A stretch of DNA of 64,000 nt from an uncultured Methanosarcinaceae archaeon (GCA_963727895.1 CAVSHT010000013.1:1-64000), one strand, 5' to 3'. Numbered from the stretch's first letter, positions 13,192 to 24,690 are shown. Numbers and translations are program-made. Notes: a model not told the origin generated them from the sequence alone.

Positions 13192-13306
13192 GGTTGTGTA
13201 CGTGAGTTATTGATCAATTCCGAAAAAAGCAAGTACAGCCATCTTATTTAAAGAAAACGTAAAAAGAGTCTTATACATATGTTTTTTAATAACTCACACC
13301 ACTACC
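13192..13306. mobile_element. 115-bp MITE, family A, copy 1
   Basis: TIRs GGTTGTGTACGTGAGTTATT / AATAACTCACACCACTACC; 8-bp TSD TCTTTTTT; inverted homolog at 63203-63317. Confidence 0.8.
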
Positions 13307-13817
13307 TCTTTTTTAATCAAAGATCAATGCATTGTTTATGTTTTAAGATCTAACCTTTTTAAAAATATTTGAAAAGTGAGAAAAATGCCCAAGCTAACTC
13401 ATAAACTTACAAAACTTTTTTATAAATGGAAACACTATTCCTATTTAGTGTACTCTTATAACTTTTTCATAAAACTGGAGCTACTTTTCTCTGTGTTTTG
13501 TGATAATACGCTTTAAACATTAACCGTAATTTGATATTACCCGGTATTTTATGCATTCAATATCATAACTAAACACACGATAAGTATCTGTTTTTTGAAA
13601 AGTGAAAGGTACATGAAATCTTAAAACAAATAGGTTTAATTTTAACTGTTTGTTGCGAAATATTGTAGAAAGATCACTCAATCATATGAAAATATATCTC
13701 CCTAATAAATCGGGGATTTAATCTGGAAGATTATATTTTCATTGCCAATGAGATTATAGCCATAAAAACTAACTTTAAAAATTGTTGTGGTTGAGTGTAT
13801 ACTATGGAGGATATATC

Positions 13818-14192
13818 ATGCAGAAAACTATATTCAAGACAATATGTGTTTTTACACTCGTTTTCTTTGTCATGTCAATGACAGGAGCAGCATGTAGTAA
13901 CAGTTGTAAAACAAAAACAGATGCAAAAAATGATGTTTTTACATGTAGTTGTAAATCTAAATCTTGTTGCTACAACGTGTTGAGTAACGACAAAGGATGC
14001 AACCTTAAAGTTACGTCTACAGGATGCTTTACTACTGCAAAGGGTGGCAAAGTCTGTATGCAGAGTAACGGTAAATTCTGCTACACAAAATCAGCAAGTT
14101 GCAAGAAATCTTGTACTGACAGTTTCAAATACTGTGTAAAAGGTACAAATGGATCCGATTGTGCAACCGTTACAATTAACGCCAGATACTAA
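13818..14192 (+). CDS. Secreted cysteine-rich Ig/cadherin-like domain protein
   Basis: GGAGG RBS; hydrophobic signal peptide; NVLSND, GGKV...NGKFCYT, DSFKY, ATVTI pattern; 15 Cys in 124 aa. Confidence 0.75.
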   Translation: MQKTIFKTICVFTLVFFVMSMTGAACSNSCKTKTDAKNDVFTCSCKSKSCCYNVLSNDKGCNLKVTSTGCFTTAKGGKVCMQSNGKFCYTKSASCKKSCTDSFKYCVKGTNGSDCATVTINARY

Positions 14193-14334
14193 AAATGTCC
14201 TTCAGGTAATTGTTCTGACTGTTGTAATGGAATAATTTAAGGGAAAAGGGAGTGTTAATCTTCCGGGGATCTATTCCCCACATCCCTTACCAATTCCCAT
14301 CTCTTTTTAATTCAGAAATAATTGTTCCGGACAA

Positions 14335-14883
14335 TTAAGGAACCAGATCAATCCAATTAATTGAGCCAGGTTTATATTCTGAAAGTTCTTCTTCATTCCC
14401 GCTTGATATATGATCTATGATCTTCTCTATGTTCTGTCCTGTTTCTTCAATGGTCTTTCCTGTCGTATTTATCTCGAAAACTTTTTTACACCATTCAAAA
14501 GCTTCAACAAGAATAACATCAAGAGCTTCAGCCTCTACATTTTCCCTTATTTTCTCTTCCGAATAGCTACGGACTTTCAGTCTCATTTTTAGTTCAGGAG
14601 GGTATACTCTCAATATGATCACAGTATCTGCAATATAATGGGCAAGATGGCTCTCAAGAATTATCACCTCATTTTCTCTTCCACCAATAATTTCTTCAAG
14701 ATACTGTTTGACGAGTTCCATATCTGCAATAACCGCATCTCTATCTTCATCAACTTCGGTGTAAAGGTGTTCCTCTTTGATCAGGTCGTTAAGGTGGATT
14801 ACTTTCCAGTTTCTTTTCCTTTCAAGAAGATTACTTACTGAGGTTTTTCCAGTTCCTGGCGTGCCGGTTAGTCCTATTAACAT
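14335..14883 (-). CDS. Fap7/AK6-type adenylate kinase / ATPase
   Basis: LTGTPGTGKT, ILESH, KIRENVEAE. Confidence 0.9.
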   Translation of the reverse strand: MLIGLTGTPGTGKTSVSNLLERKRNWKVIHLNDLIKEEHLYTEVDEDRDAVIADMELVKQYLEEIIGGRENEVIILESHLAHYIADTVIILRVYPPELKMRLKVRSYSEEKIRENVEAEALDVILVEAFEWCKKVFEINTTGKTIEETGQNIEKIIDHISSGNEEELSEYKPGSINWIDLVP

Positions 14884-15198
14884 GGGGAAATGAATGAATT
14901 TATATCAATTATACTTAATGCATCCCTAAAAAATGATATTGGAACACTATTAATGATTAAATGATTATCCGTAGGCATGTTATATTTTTTCTCAGCCAGT
15001 AACCAGTATTTTCGTCTTTAAGGCTTTAATGGCTTTCCAAAGGTTTGATACAATAATAAAACGAGAATTATAAAAAAAAGTTTTTAATTATACTTTGAAA
15101 ATTCTAAGGAATCTTTGTTATGCTATTTGCTGGAGTACTTTTAAGCAAATGGTTTTAATAACACTCTTTCCTATACGGTTTGTTGAAGTTTTAACTAT

Positions 15199-15429
15199 TT
15201 ATTCTTTCAAAGTTCCAATAACTGGATAGTCCTTAAACATTTCCGGCCCATGTGGCGCCTCGTCCATTTCCTCAGTAAGGTCTTTCCCTGCATCATGAAG
15301 TCCCTGGTGTGTGCCGTCTTCCCATAGATAACTGTCTGAGACATCATAGATCTGTCCATCATAGGCGACATAAATTTTTCCATTTTTACCGTTGTACTCT
15401 GCAAGTTCTTCAAGTGTATATTTTTTCAT
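15199..15429 (-). CDS. Cytochrome b5-like heme/steroid-binding protein
   Basis: YTLEELAEYNG, IYDVS, HQGLHDAGKDLT, APHG. Confidence 0.9.
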   Translation of the reverse strand: MKKYTLEELAEYNGKNGKIYVAYDGQIYDVSDSYLWEDGTHQGLHDAGKDLTEEMDEAPHGPEMFKDYPVIGTLKE

Positions 15430-15487
15430 TTTCTATATCTCCATCTAGTTCTAGCAATTTGTTTGACTACAATTATTTTCTCTTCAG

Positions 15488-17637
15488 TCATACATTTAAC
15501 ATTCTTAACATCTCATTGACTTCATTAGTAGGGAGCTGGCATTCATAATTTTGGCAGACATATGCAGTAGCTTTTCCCTCTATTGGAACTTGCTCTTTTG
15601 TATATTTTGCCAGACTTGTAATTTCAGGTTCCTCCCCTTCAGGTCTGAAAACCAGCACTTTATTAGGAATGAAGTAAGTCCAGAGTTCCTCTAACATGTG
15701 TCCAGTGTCTAAAGATTCGCGTCTCCCTGCAATTACAACTTGATATACTGGCCCAAAACCAAAGTCAAGCGCTGATAAAAACTGGGTATACCCTGATGGT
15801 ATTTTTCTAATAAGTTTTGAAAACGCACGTTCTATCCTTTGAGCCCGATCTTCCAGTTCTGGATCTGCAGTTATTCTGGAAAGCCTAAGAAGATTTAGCA
15901 TCTCTATAGAGTTTCCTGAAGGTATGGCTGCATCCGTAAATTCTTTTTTTCTGAAAATAAGCGATTCACTATCATCAGCAGTAAAGAAAAGTCCACCCTG
16001 AACAGGGTCCCAGAAATGCTCAAGAAGTTCTCTATTGAGACAAAGGGCTGCTTTAAGATATTTCAGTTTAAATCCTGCCTCGTAAAGCTCGATAAGTCCA
16101 TGAATTAGGAATGCATAGTCCTCGGCAGTTCCGAGAATACCAGATTCGCTATCTCTATATCGGTGAAGCAGTCGTTTATAGGGATCATAAAGTGTCTTGA
16201 GAATGAAATCAGCAGCTTTTTCGGCAGCTTTCAAATACCTTTCTTCGCCAAAGGTCTGGAAACCTTTTGCAAAAGATGCAATCATAAGTCCGTTCCAATC
16301 AGTCAGAATCTTGTCGTCTATTACAGGTTTTTTACGTTTATTCCGAGCTGCCAGAAGTTTTTCTTTAGCTAGTTTTACCTTACTCTCAACTTCTTCGGCT
16401 GGGAGTTCCAATTTCTGCAGCAAGGACTCCTAGGGAACGGGGCATATATAAAATATTAGTCCCTGTTTTTTTACCTCTTATTTCTTCTTCAAAATTACCT
16501 CCTTCTTTGAGATTGAACACTTTTGTAATTAGGTCATACTCTTCAAGGCTAAGAACACTCCTGATTTCTTCTAGAGTCCATAGATAATATTTTCCTTCCT
16601 CTCCTTCGACGTCAGCATCTTCCCCACAATAAAATCCACCTTCCTGAGATGTCAGATCTCTTAGTACATAATCAAGGATTCCCTCTGCTGCTTCTTTATG
16701 TAGTTTCTTTCCTGTAACTTGATAGGTTTCTATGTATGCAGTTGAAATAAGAGCCTGGTCGTATAACATCTTTTCAAAATGAGGAACAATCCACATATTG
16801 TCTGTAGAGTAACGGTGGAAACCCCAATCCAGGTGATCATGGATTCCTCCCCTGTACATATTTTCTAGTGTATGTTCGACCATATGAAGAGCTTCAGGAT
16901 CTCCACTGCGTCTCCAGTATCTGAGCAAAAAGAACATTTTATGTGGAGTAGGAAATTTTGGGGCTCCTTCAAAACCACCATATTCGTTATCAAAAGAAGC
17001 CAGTAATTCTTCATAGGATTCTTCCATTATTGATTCACTTATATCCTCACCTGCTGATTCGGAAATTATATTCTGGATTGTATACGTGATCTTTTCAGCC
17101 GAATTAAGCACTTCTTCTTGCTGTGTTTTCCATATCTCTTCTATTTTAGGCACGAGTTCAAGCATTCCTGTTTGGCTAAAACGGGATTTTTTGGGGATAT
17201 AAGTTCCTGCAAAAAAAGGCTTCATGTTTGGAGTCATAATAATATTAAGTGGCCAGCCACCTCTTCCAAGTATAATCTGACAGACTGTCATGTATATGTT
17301 GTCAATGTCCGGCGTTTCTTCTCGGTCTACTTTTATGCAAACAAAAGCTTTATTCATTAGTTCTGCTACTTTTTCATCCTCAAAAGATTCATGTGCCATT
17401 ACATGACACCAGTGGCAGGTGGAGTAACCAATTGACAGAAAAATAGGCTTATTTTCGTTTTTGGCTTTCTTAAAAGCTTCTTCTCCCCAGGGATACCAGT
17501 CTCACAGGATTATAGGCATGCTGAAGGAGATACGGGCTTTTTTCATTTAGCAGGCGGTTAGATTTTCTGTATTCTTTACCAGTAAAATCCCCCCGCTTTC
17601 GGCTTTGGTAGTCATTGTTGCCTTGCCTGAAGGACAT
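15488..17637 (-). CDS. YyaL/SPATA20-like thioredoxin plus six-hairpin glycosidase-like protein (frameshifts near 17503 and 16412)
   Basis: [19 protein letters not shown] / [54 protein letters not shown], spread over three frames. Confidence 0.88.
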
Positions 17638-18179
17638 ACAGTTGTAATTTTTCCAGTTTTTTACGTTTTCAATTCTCAGTAGTTTCAAATGATACCGAAA
17701 ATAATCTTGCACTAAATTTAAAGTGATGTTTTCTAATTCTCCTTCCCTCTTAAAGCAGTTTCCACGATGATGTGGATTTAACTCGTTAATAGTGTCCAAT
17801 TTAACTCCCCTGTATAGACCTCTCTGAAGATTCATTCTTAATGAATGGCTACCGCTGAGCGGATAAGTTTACCCCACTATAATGCTAATCGTTCTCAAGC
17901 CTCTTGTAAGCTTGCTAACTGAAGAATTAGGTACAGCCAAATTTACCCCACTTTAAATACTCATCTCTTTAATATCAATATATCGGTGTCTCAGGGGATT
18001 ATTTTTCTAAGCTGTTAAATATTTAAACAAATTATTTAAAATGATATAAACTGAAAATTCATCAAAACATTTATTTTTTCTTTTTTAATTTTTCCACTAT
18101 TGGTTAGAAAAACAATTTATTTAGTTGATATCGCAATATTCTCACATTGCATTTTATATCAGACTGTAAATAATATACT

Positions 18180-19205
18180 TCAGGAGAATTCCTGTTTTTT
18201 TATTGATTGAAGCTTCCCAATGTCTTCTAATTTTTCTTCATGATTTCCTATTCCTAGGAAATTCACAACTTTTGAAGCCCTATATGATTGGTCCTGCTTT
18301 TTTTCAGCTTTTCTTGCCTGATACACTCTGATGGAGCGAAGAAGGTCAATTTTTCGAAATTCTGGCCAGTAAGGAGCACAGAAGTAAGCTGCACATTCAC
18401 TTCCATTAGCCTGCCATGGAAGAAAATTTGAAACCCGTTCATCGCCGCCAGTACGAATAACAAGATCTACATTTGGAACAGAAACTCCTGGGGCAGGATA
18501 TAGATGCTTTGAAATAATATTTTCATTTACTTCTTCAATGGATAGTTTTCCGCTGGAAATACAGCTTGCAATGTCACAAACGGCTTGAATGATATCTTGC
18601 CTGCCTCCATAGGCAATGGCAACGTATAGGTGAAACTTCTTGTAATTCTCCGTTGCTTTTTCGGTTTTTTCAATTGACGCTTTCAGAAAAGCAGGTAACT
18701 TTGATCTATCTCCGATAACACTAACTTGCATTTCTCTTTCGTGTGTTCTTGGATCAGAGTAAATTTCTAGGAATTTTTCGTTGATAAGATTGAATAGACC
18801 GTCAACTTCCTCTTCGGAACGATGGAAATTTTCCGTAGAAAAAGCATATAGAGTAAGCTGTTTTACTCCTACTTCATAGCACCATTCAATTACTTTTTCT
18901 GTAACTTCTGCTCCCATCGCATGCCCGAAACTTTTAGCTTTTCCCATTTGCCCTGCATACCTGCGGTTTCCGTCCATAATCACAGCTATATGTTGTGGAA
19001 TTTCTGAATTCATAATCTCTATTTTGAGCCTTCGCTCATATTCAAGGTAAAAAATACTGAAAATTCGGGTTTTCAAAAGGCTAAGCCCGGCTAAAAAGAT
19101 TCCCCTTTTTCGAGGTATAATTTTTAAGTTTTTTATGCTTTTTCCTCCTGAAAATATACAATGTGAGAAATATTTGTGTAGATTCTTTTTTATGGAACCT
19201 AACAC
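18180..19205 (-). CDS. uppS: cis-prenyltransferase (UppS family)
   Basis: [39 protein letters not shown]; true start probably downstream of 19205. Confidence 0.93.
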   Translation of the reverse strand: MLGSIKKNLHKYFSHCIFSGGKSIKNLKIIPRKRGIFLAGLSLLKTRIFSIFYLEYERRLKIEIMNSEIPQHIAVIMDGNRRYAGQMGKAKSFGHAMGAEVTEKVIEWCYEVGVKQLTLYAFSTENFHRSEEEVDGLFNLINEKFLEIYSDPRTHEREMQVSVIGDRSKLPAFLKASIEKTEKATENYKKFHLYVAIAYGGRQDIIQAVCDIASCISSGKLSIEEVNENIISKHLYPAPGVSVPNVDLVIRTGGDERVSNFLPWQANGSECAAYFCAPYWPEFRKIDLLRSIRVYQARKAEKKQDQSYRASKVVNFLGIGNHEEKLEDIGKLQSIKKQEFS

Positions 19206-19662
19206 CTGGCTTGTTCAAGATCTTTATATTTCTTTTGCTTAATAATCCTATTTGTCTAACAAAATTTACTTTTGTACTATTGTCTAATTTTATACCTAAC
19301 TCATTTGTATTTTTCCGAGTGTATATTGTCTGTTTGATCTATTGAAGGCTATTAGAAACAAGTAAAGGTTTTAATTTTCTGAAATGTTATCTGAAGCGTC
19401 TTTCATGCTTAGTCCTTTTATAGAACATATTATCAGCTATACAATTTATTATCATATTAATGCCTTATTGACTATGTGGACTTTAAAGAACTGAAGCGAC
19501 ATTTAAGAGCTCAGACATGTAGTTTTTCTTATTTATGAAAATCTCTAAGCGATTAGATTATGTTTAGCAGATAATTTATAAAAATAATATTTTTATTATA
19601 ATATTTACACATCTTTTTAACTTTGTATGTAAAGTTTATTAGCTATCTTCTCTATCTATTTA

Positions 19663-20460
19663 TTGGGAACAAGGGGATTACTAGTGTTAGGTTATCATAA
19701 TTTAGATTTCACTCTTATTAAATTTATACAACTTTGTTCTTCAATGAAAGAAAAATATAATTTCATTACTATGAACGAGTACGTGACTGCTGGTGGTAAT
19801 CTTCCTAAACGTTTTATATTAATGCGCCACGACATCGATAGATCTGCAAAGAATGCACTTAAAATCGCAAGTATAGAAGAGAAATTTGGTATACGGGCTA
19901 CATATTACTTCAGAACCACTAAGAAAACTTTTGTTCCTGAAATTATCCAAAAAATTGAAAAAATGGGACATGAGATCGGATATCATTATGAGTCTTTGAG
20001 CAAAACAAATGGAGATGTTGGAAAAGCAATCAGATTATTTGAGAGCGATGTAAATAAATTTCGAAGTATCTGTAATCTCAAAACTATTTGTATGCATGGT
20101 GCTGTACTGTCTAGGCACGACAGTAGAGACCTATGGAAGTATTATGATTTCAAGGATTTTGGACTTACTGGAGAAGCTTATTTATCTGCCGGAAAAAACC
20201 TCAATTATTTTACTGACACAGGTGGAATGTGGAACTCTAAACATAATTTACGAGATTTTATCCCAGGTAAGACTGAATATATCTCTGTTGAAACAACTGA
20301 TGATCTTATTAAGTTGATTGAAAGTAACAACATAAATAATTTTTATATCACTTTACATCCGAACAGATGGAAATCAAACACTTTTAATTGGAGTCTATGG
20401 TGGTTACAGGAACATGTAATGAATTCTGGAAAAAAAGTCCTGAGAGCGGTGAGAAAGTGA
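19663..20460 (+). CDS. Polysaccharide deacetylase-like (NodB fold) protein
   Basis: LMRHDID, GIRATYYF, GHEIGYH, terminal LHP; start uncertain. Confidence 0.7.
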   Translation: MGTRGLLVLGYHNLDFTLIKFIQLCSSMKEKYNFITMNEYVTAGGNLPKRFILMRHDIDRSAKNALKIASIEEKFGIRATYYFRTTKKTFVPEIIQKIEKMGHEIGYHYESLSKTNGDVGKAIRLFESDVNKFRSICNLKTICMHGAVLSRHDSRDLWKYYDFKDFGLTGEAYLSAGKNLNYFTDTGGMWNSKHNLRDFIPGKTEYISVETTDDLIKLIESNNINNFYITLHPNRWKSNTFNWSLWWLQEHVMNSGKKVLRAVRK

Positions 20461-21478
20461 AGGATGTTGTAACAAGCATCAAGGAAGACGAATGGAAAAC
20501 ATTTTTGGACAATTTTAATACTGCAAGTATTTACCATACTCCTCAATGGAAAAAATTTTTGGAAAGCACATTTGACTATGAACCTAAATATCTCTTTGCA
20601 AAAGATGAATGTGGAAATCTAACTGGATTATTACCTTTATTTTATGTTAAAAGTAAATTAACATCTAATATATTGTGTTCTGTACCGTTTTCTCATTTAT
20701 GTGGTTACATAGGTTCTGAAGATTCGAGAGATTTCCTTATTGGTGAATTAGTAAATGAGTATTCAAAGTTACATGCCTCCTACTTTGAGATTAGAGATTT
20801 GGTAGATTCATTACCACATAAAAATTTGTATTCTACATACATATTAGAGTTATCCTCAAATGTTAACGAGACATGGAATTAATTAGATAAAGAAAGCGTC
20901 AGGAGAGCAATCACAAAATCAAAAAAAATGCAAGTAGAAGTTAATTCTACTAAAGATGTAGATGATCTCAAAAGTTTTTATGAACTCAATTGCATTAATA
21001 AAAAGAACAGTGGAGTACCCTGCCATCCATGGAAATTCTTCAAAAATATTTTTACATTTCTAAATGGCAACGTAGCTCTCTACACTGTAATCTATAATGA
21101 TCTGATTATTGCTGGCGGTATTTTTTTGTATTTTTATGAAAGGGTTATTTACGGATATGGTGCTTCTCATCCTGATTCTCTTAACTTTTATCCCAATAAT
21201 GCATTCATCTGGAAAAGTATCGAGGATGCATGTGTAAATGGATATAAATATTTTGATTTTGGCCGTGTGTCCTACGATAACAAAGGGTTGATAAATTTCA
21301 AAAAAAGAGGGGGGACAATTGAAAAAAATTATGTTATAGCTATTATCCGCAAACTCCCGAGACTTTGGCTGGTAATCGAGAAACTCTTATATATAAATTG
21401 GCCACGAGCACGATTCAGAAAATGCCACCTCTAATCTACAAGAAGTTCAGTGATAATGTTTTTGAACTTTTTGGGTGA
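20457..21478 (+). pseudogene. FemAB-like GNAT acyl/aminoacyl transferase, interrupted
   Basis: IYHTPQW, LTGLLPL, SVPF, VRRAI, FDFGR, GLINFK; in-frame TAA at 20880-20882 and A-run frameshift near 21325. Confidence 0.7.
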
Positions 21479-21482
21479 AACT

Positions 21483-21586
21483 ATGAAAATTGTTGTCAGT
21501 GTAAATCATCCTGGTCATGTTCATGGTCATGTTCATTTATTCAAAAATTTTATCTGGACTATGCAGAAAAAAGGACATGAAATATT
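21483..21586 (+). pseudogene. DUF354-like glycosyltransferase N-terminal stub, truncated by IS1
   Basis: MKIVVSVNHPGHVHGHVHLFKNFIWTMQKKGHEI resembles the HPxHVHxFK DUF354 start; 12-bp duplication GGTCATGTTCAT; ends at the IS left end. Confidence 0.65.
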
Positions 21587-22326
21587 GGCATTGATAATTA
21601 ACTATCGCTATATATTATTAGAAAGTATATTTCTTCATTAACTGCCCCAGATGCAATAGTTCCAGTCACAAAAAGAACGGTATAGTTGGCGGGCGTCAAC
21701 GGTACAAATGCTCTGATTGTGGCTATAACTATACAGTAGAGCTAAAATCAACTGCTTTTTCCGCTTCTGTAAAAAGACAGGATTTACAACTCTATCTTGA
21801 AGGATTGGGCTTTCGCTCAATAGGAAGAGTTTTAGGGGTAAGTCATGTTTCTGTCCAAAAATGGATAAAGAAATTTGGTCAGGAGTTAGAGGACCTAAAA
21901 AGTGAAAATGAGATATCTATTGTTGAAATGGATGAGATGCACACTTACATCGGTAACAACAAAAATATTGCTGGATCTGGATTGCTGTTGATAGAGTTGG
22001 GAAAAAGTTCATCAACTGCTCTTTTGGTAGCAGAGGAACGGGAACTGGAAAATTACTCTGGGAAAAAGTGAAGAAAAAAGAGATTGGAGAAGTGATGACA
22101 GATCACTGGAGAGCATATGCAGAATTTCTTCCAGAAAAAATCCATACTCAATCAAAAGCAGAAACATTTACAGTTGAGGGATATAACAGCATATTGAGGC
22201 ACTTTTTGGCAAGGTTGAGAAGAAAGACAAAGTGTTATACGAAGAGTCTTGAAATGCTAAAGTACTCGGTTATTCTATTGATGAAATACAGAAATAAAGA
22301 ACTGGATATATTTAAGTAACAATGCT
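21587..22326 (+). mobile_element. IS1-family element (740 bp), inactivated copy
   Basis: Ends GGCATTGAT.../...AACAATGCT; InsA CPRC..CSDC zinc ribbon with ATG changed to ATT; InsB VMTDHW; near-identical to 55605-56344. Confidence 0.92.
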
Positions 22327-22648
22327 ATATTTTGCATTAATAATTAAAATTAATCTCTATATGGCCTTGTATAGGAATAGTCTACATCTAAATTCATTCA
22401 CTGTTGAAGTAAAATACTAACCTCATGTGAAAAATTCTCTTTATTTTTGTGTGAAGAACGGTGTTTTGCCTCATTATATTTTGGATACTTACAGACTTTA
22501 ATTTTCTATTATTTGTTTTAAGGTACGCCCAGAACATCACTAAACTGAACTCAAAGCCTGTAGTTATCTTACTTTTATCATTATTTCAACAAAACAGATC
22601 TCAAAGATTGAAACTTTTCACCTAAAAACATATAGCAATAAAAGTGGC

Positions 22649-22951
22649 TCAGTAGTTTTCAAGCACAGAGCCAACAATATTTTTATAGTTTTCTTTCAGG
22701 GAATATACGTTGTGATCACCGGTAACATTTATGCTTAGAATTCCTAGTCTTGTGTTCATAAGCCCGACCATAGCCGACACTCCCCGGTAGCTTACCTCAA
22801 AATTTCCTTTATCCAGGTAATCGTAAACTTCACCGGTGGTGAACTTGTCTCCGGTCAGGAAGAGATTGAGCACAACTTTGCGTATCCCGTTTTCATCCCT
22901 GCCGAGATACTTAATCAATCTCGCTCTTACCCTTTCTTCCGCAGTTTGCAG
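22649..22951 (-). CDS. DUF2551-like winged-helix protein (possible CTG start)
   Basis: Frame open to CTG CAA ACT GCG GAA at 22951 with a GAGGTG RBS 7 nt upstream; SYRGVSAMVGLMNTRLGIL. Confidence 0.75.
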   Translation of the reverse strand: MQTAEERVRARLIKYLGRDENGIRKVVLNLFLTGDKFTTGEVYDYLDKGNFEVSYRGVSAMVGLMNTRLGILSINVTGDHNVYSLKENYKNIVGSVLENY

Positions 22952-23489
22952 TTTCGGACACCTCAGTTAATGATAATTAAAGTATATTGATGCAGCATTA
23001 TTTACTCACTATTCTTCTACATTATGAAAGTGTGCGACCTTCTAGTAAAGGCGCTAAGAAACGAATACCCTATATCCTTATCGTTTATATATTTTAGGAT
23101 TGCTTTTCTGAAGTATTTATATAATGTACAGATTTTTCCCTAATAAAGGAGTTTTCAGTACACTGTTTATAGTGGAAAATAATCCAAGTTATTCCGAAAT
23201 TAAAACTTTCTTATTCAATGTTTGGACAAATGAGAAGATTATAAAGCACATTGAAAATGTGAAAATTATTTGTACGAAATTTGACCAATGGGTTTGAGTA
23301 CAAACAAAAGGTAGTCACATAGGAGCTGCAACTACAAGACTTTTTATATCCAAGTAACTATAGTTTTGTCCTATCAATTTAAGTAAGGAAGAATTTTTTG
23401 ATTTTGTCTTTCGATTTCTCCTTATCCTAACCATAACTTAAAAAACATGAAGTTTATATACAAAACTATAGTAAGTTTAAGTAGATTGT

Positions 23490-24176
23490 ATGTATAGCGA
23501 GAGTTTAATATTGTCTTCTCCTATTTCCCTTGCATCTATTCCTTACTTGTGGCAACAGAGTGATGTTCTTATTTTACTTGTTAACTTGGATGATTATGTG
23601 ACATTCAATACAAGCTATCTTAACAAGACAGAAATGGAATATCTTGAAAGATTAAAGACTGGTTATTTTAAGAAAAGATATATTGTCTCAAGAACGGTAT
23701 TAAAACACATTTTATATTATATTATTAGAGTGGAACCTGTCTCAGAAATTTCAACATATAAGGATGAATATGGGAGATTATGTATACACAATCATTCGGA
23801 TCTGCACATTTGTATCTCATATACCCAAAACACTGTAGTCCTTGCAATATCAAATATCGAGATTGGTATTGATATTGAACTTGGGAAAACACTAATTCTT
23901 AAAAGTAATTTAAGAAAGTTGGGCTCAAAATTTTCATTCACAGATGAATCCATAAATGAAGCTGATCTTTTAAAAATATGGACATTAAAAGAAGCTTATT
24001 CCAAGTTTTCAAACAAGAGCATGTATTTTATTTTTTGTCAAATATTGGACCTAAATGGTGTCAAATATTTAACATATTTTATAGATAATAAATATGTGTT
24101 ATCTATTATCACTTACTCAGGCTCTCATATTGTCAGTATAAATCACCTTCAGAAAATTGACTGCAACTGGATATAA
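23490..24176 (+). CDS. Sfp-type 4'-phosphopantetheinyl transferase
   Basis: Signature IGIDIE and WTLKEAYSK motifs, plus DEYGRL and ISYT. Confidence 0.85.
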   Translation: MYSESLILSSPISLASIPYLWQQSDVLILLVNLDDYVTFNTSYLNKTEMEYLERLKTGYFKKRYIVSRTVLKHILYYIIRVEPVSEISTYKDEYGRLCIHNHSDLHICISYTQNTVVLAISNIEIGIDIELGKTLILKSNLRKLGSKFSFTDESINEADLLKIWTLKEAYSKFSNKSMYFIFCQILDLNGVKYLTYFIDNKYVLSIITYSGSHIVSINHLQKIDCNWI

Positions 24177-24438
24177 ATTTTCAGAAACACTGAAAGCTCC
24201 GAACCCCTTACCCTTTTCTTTTTCTTCTTGAAGTGACCTATTATATCATTTAATGCATCAAGCACAAATACATTCTAATAATATTTTCGTTCGTATATAT
24301 TTTATTTCTCTTTAATATCCTCAAATTATTTATATAGTTGTATTGCGTAAATTATCAGTGGGGATCATGTAAAGTATGGACGTATTATTGTGTTATTCAC
24401 AATCATTGATTTGTTAAACGAAATAAAGGGGAGTACAT

Positions 24439-24684
24439 ATGGAACAAATAAAGAGTGATATAATCGATTACTTGAAGTCTAATTCTTTTATGGACAACAA
24501 CAGCAGTTTGAAAGATAGTGATTCTCTAACTCAAAACGGTATTATAGACTCTATTGGTTTGCTTGAACTTATGGACTATATATGTGATAAATATTCGATA
24601 GAGATTCCTGAAGATATGCTAACACCTGAAAATTTTGATTCTTTGCAAGGAATTACTAATATGATAAACAAGCTGGCGAAGTGA
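24439..24684 (+). CDS. Acyl/aminoacyl carrier protein (DltC-like)
   Basis: 81 aa, acidic; GIIDSIG phosphopantetheine Ser; ENFDS; GGGGAG RBS. Confidence 0.92.
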   Translation: MEQIKSDIIDYLKSNSFMDNNSSLKDSDSLTQNGIIDSIGLLELMDYICDKYSIEIPEDMLTPENFDSLQGITNMINKLAK

Positions 24685-24690
24685 AAAGGA

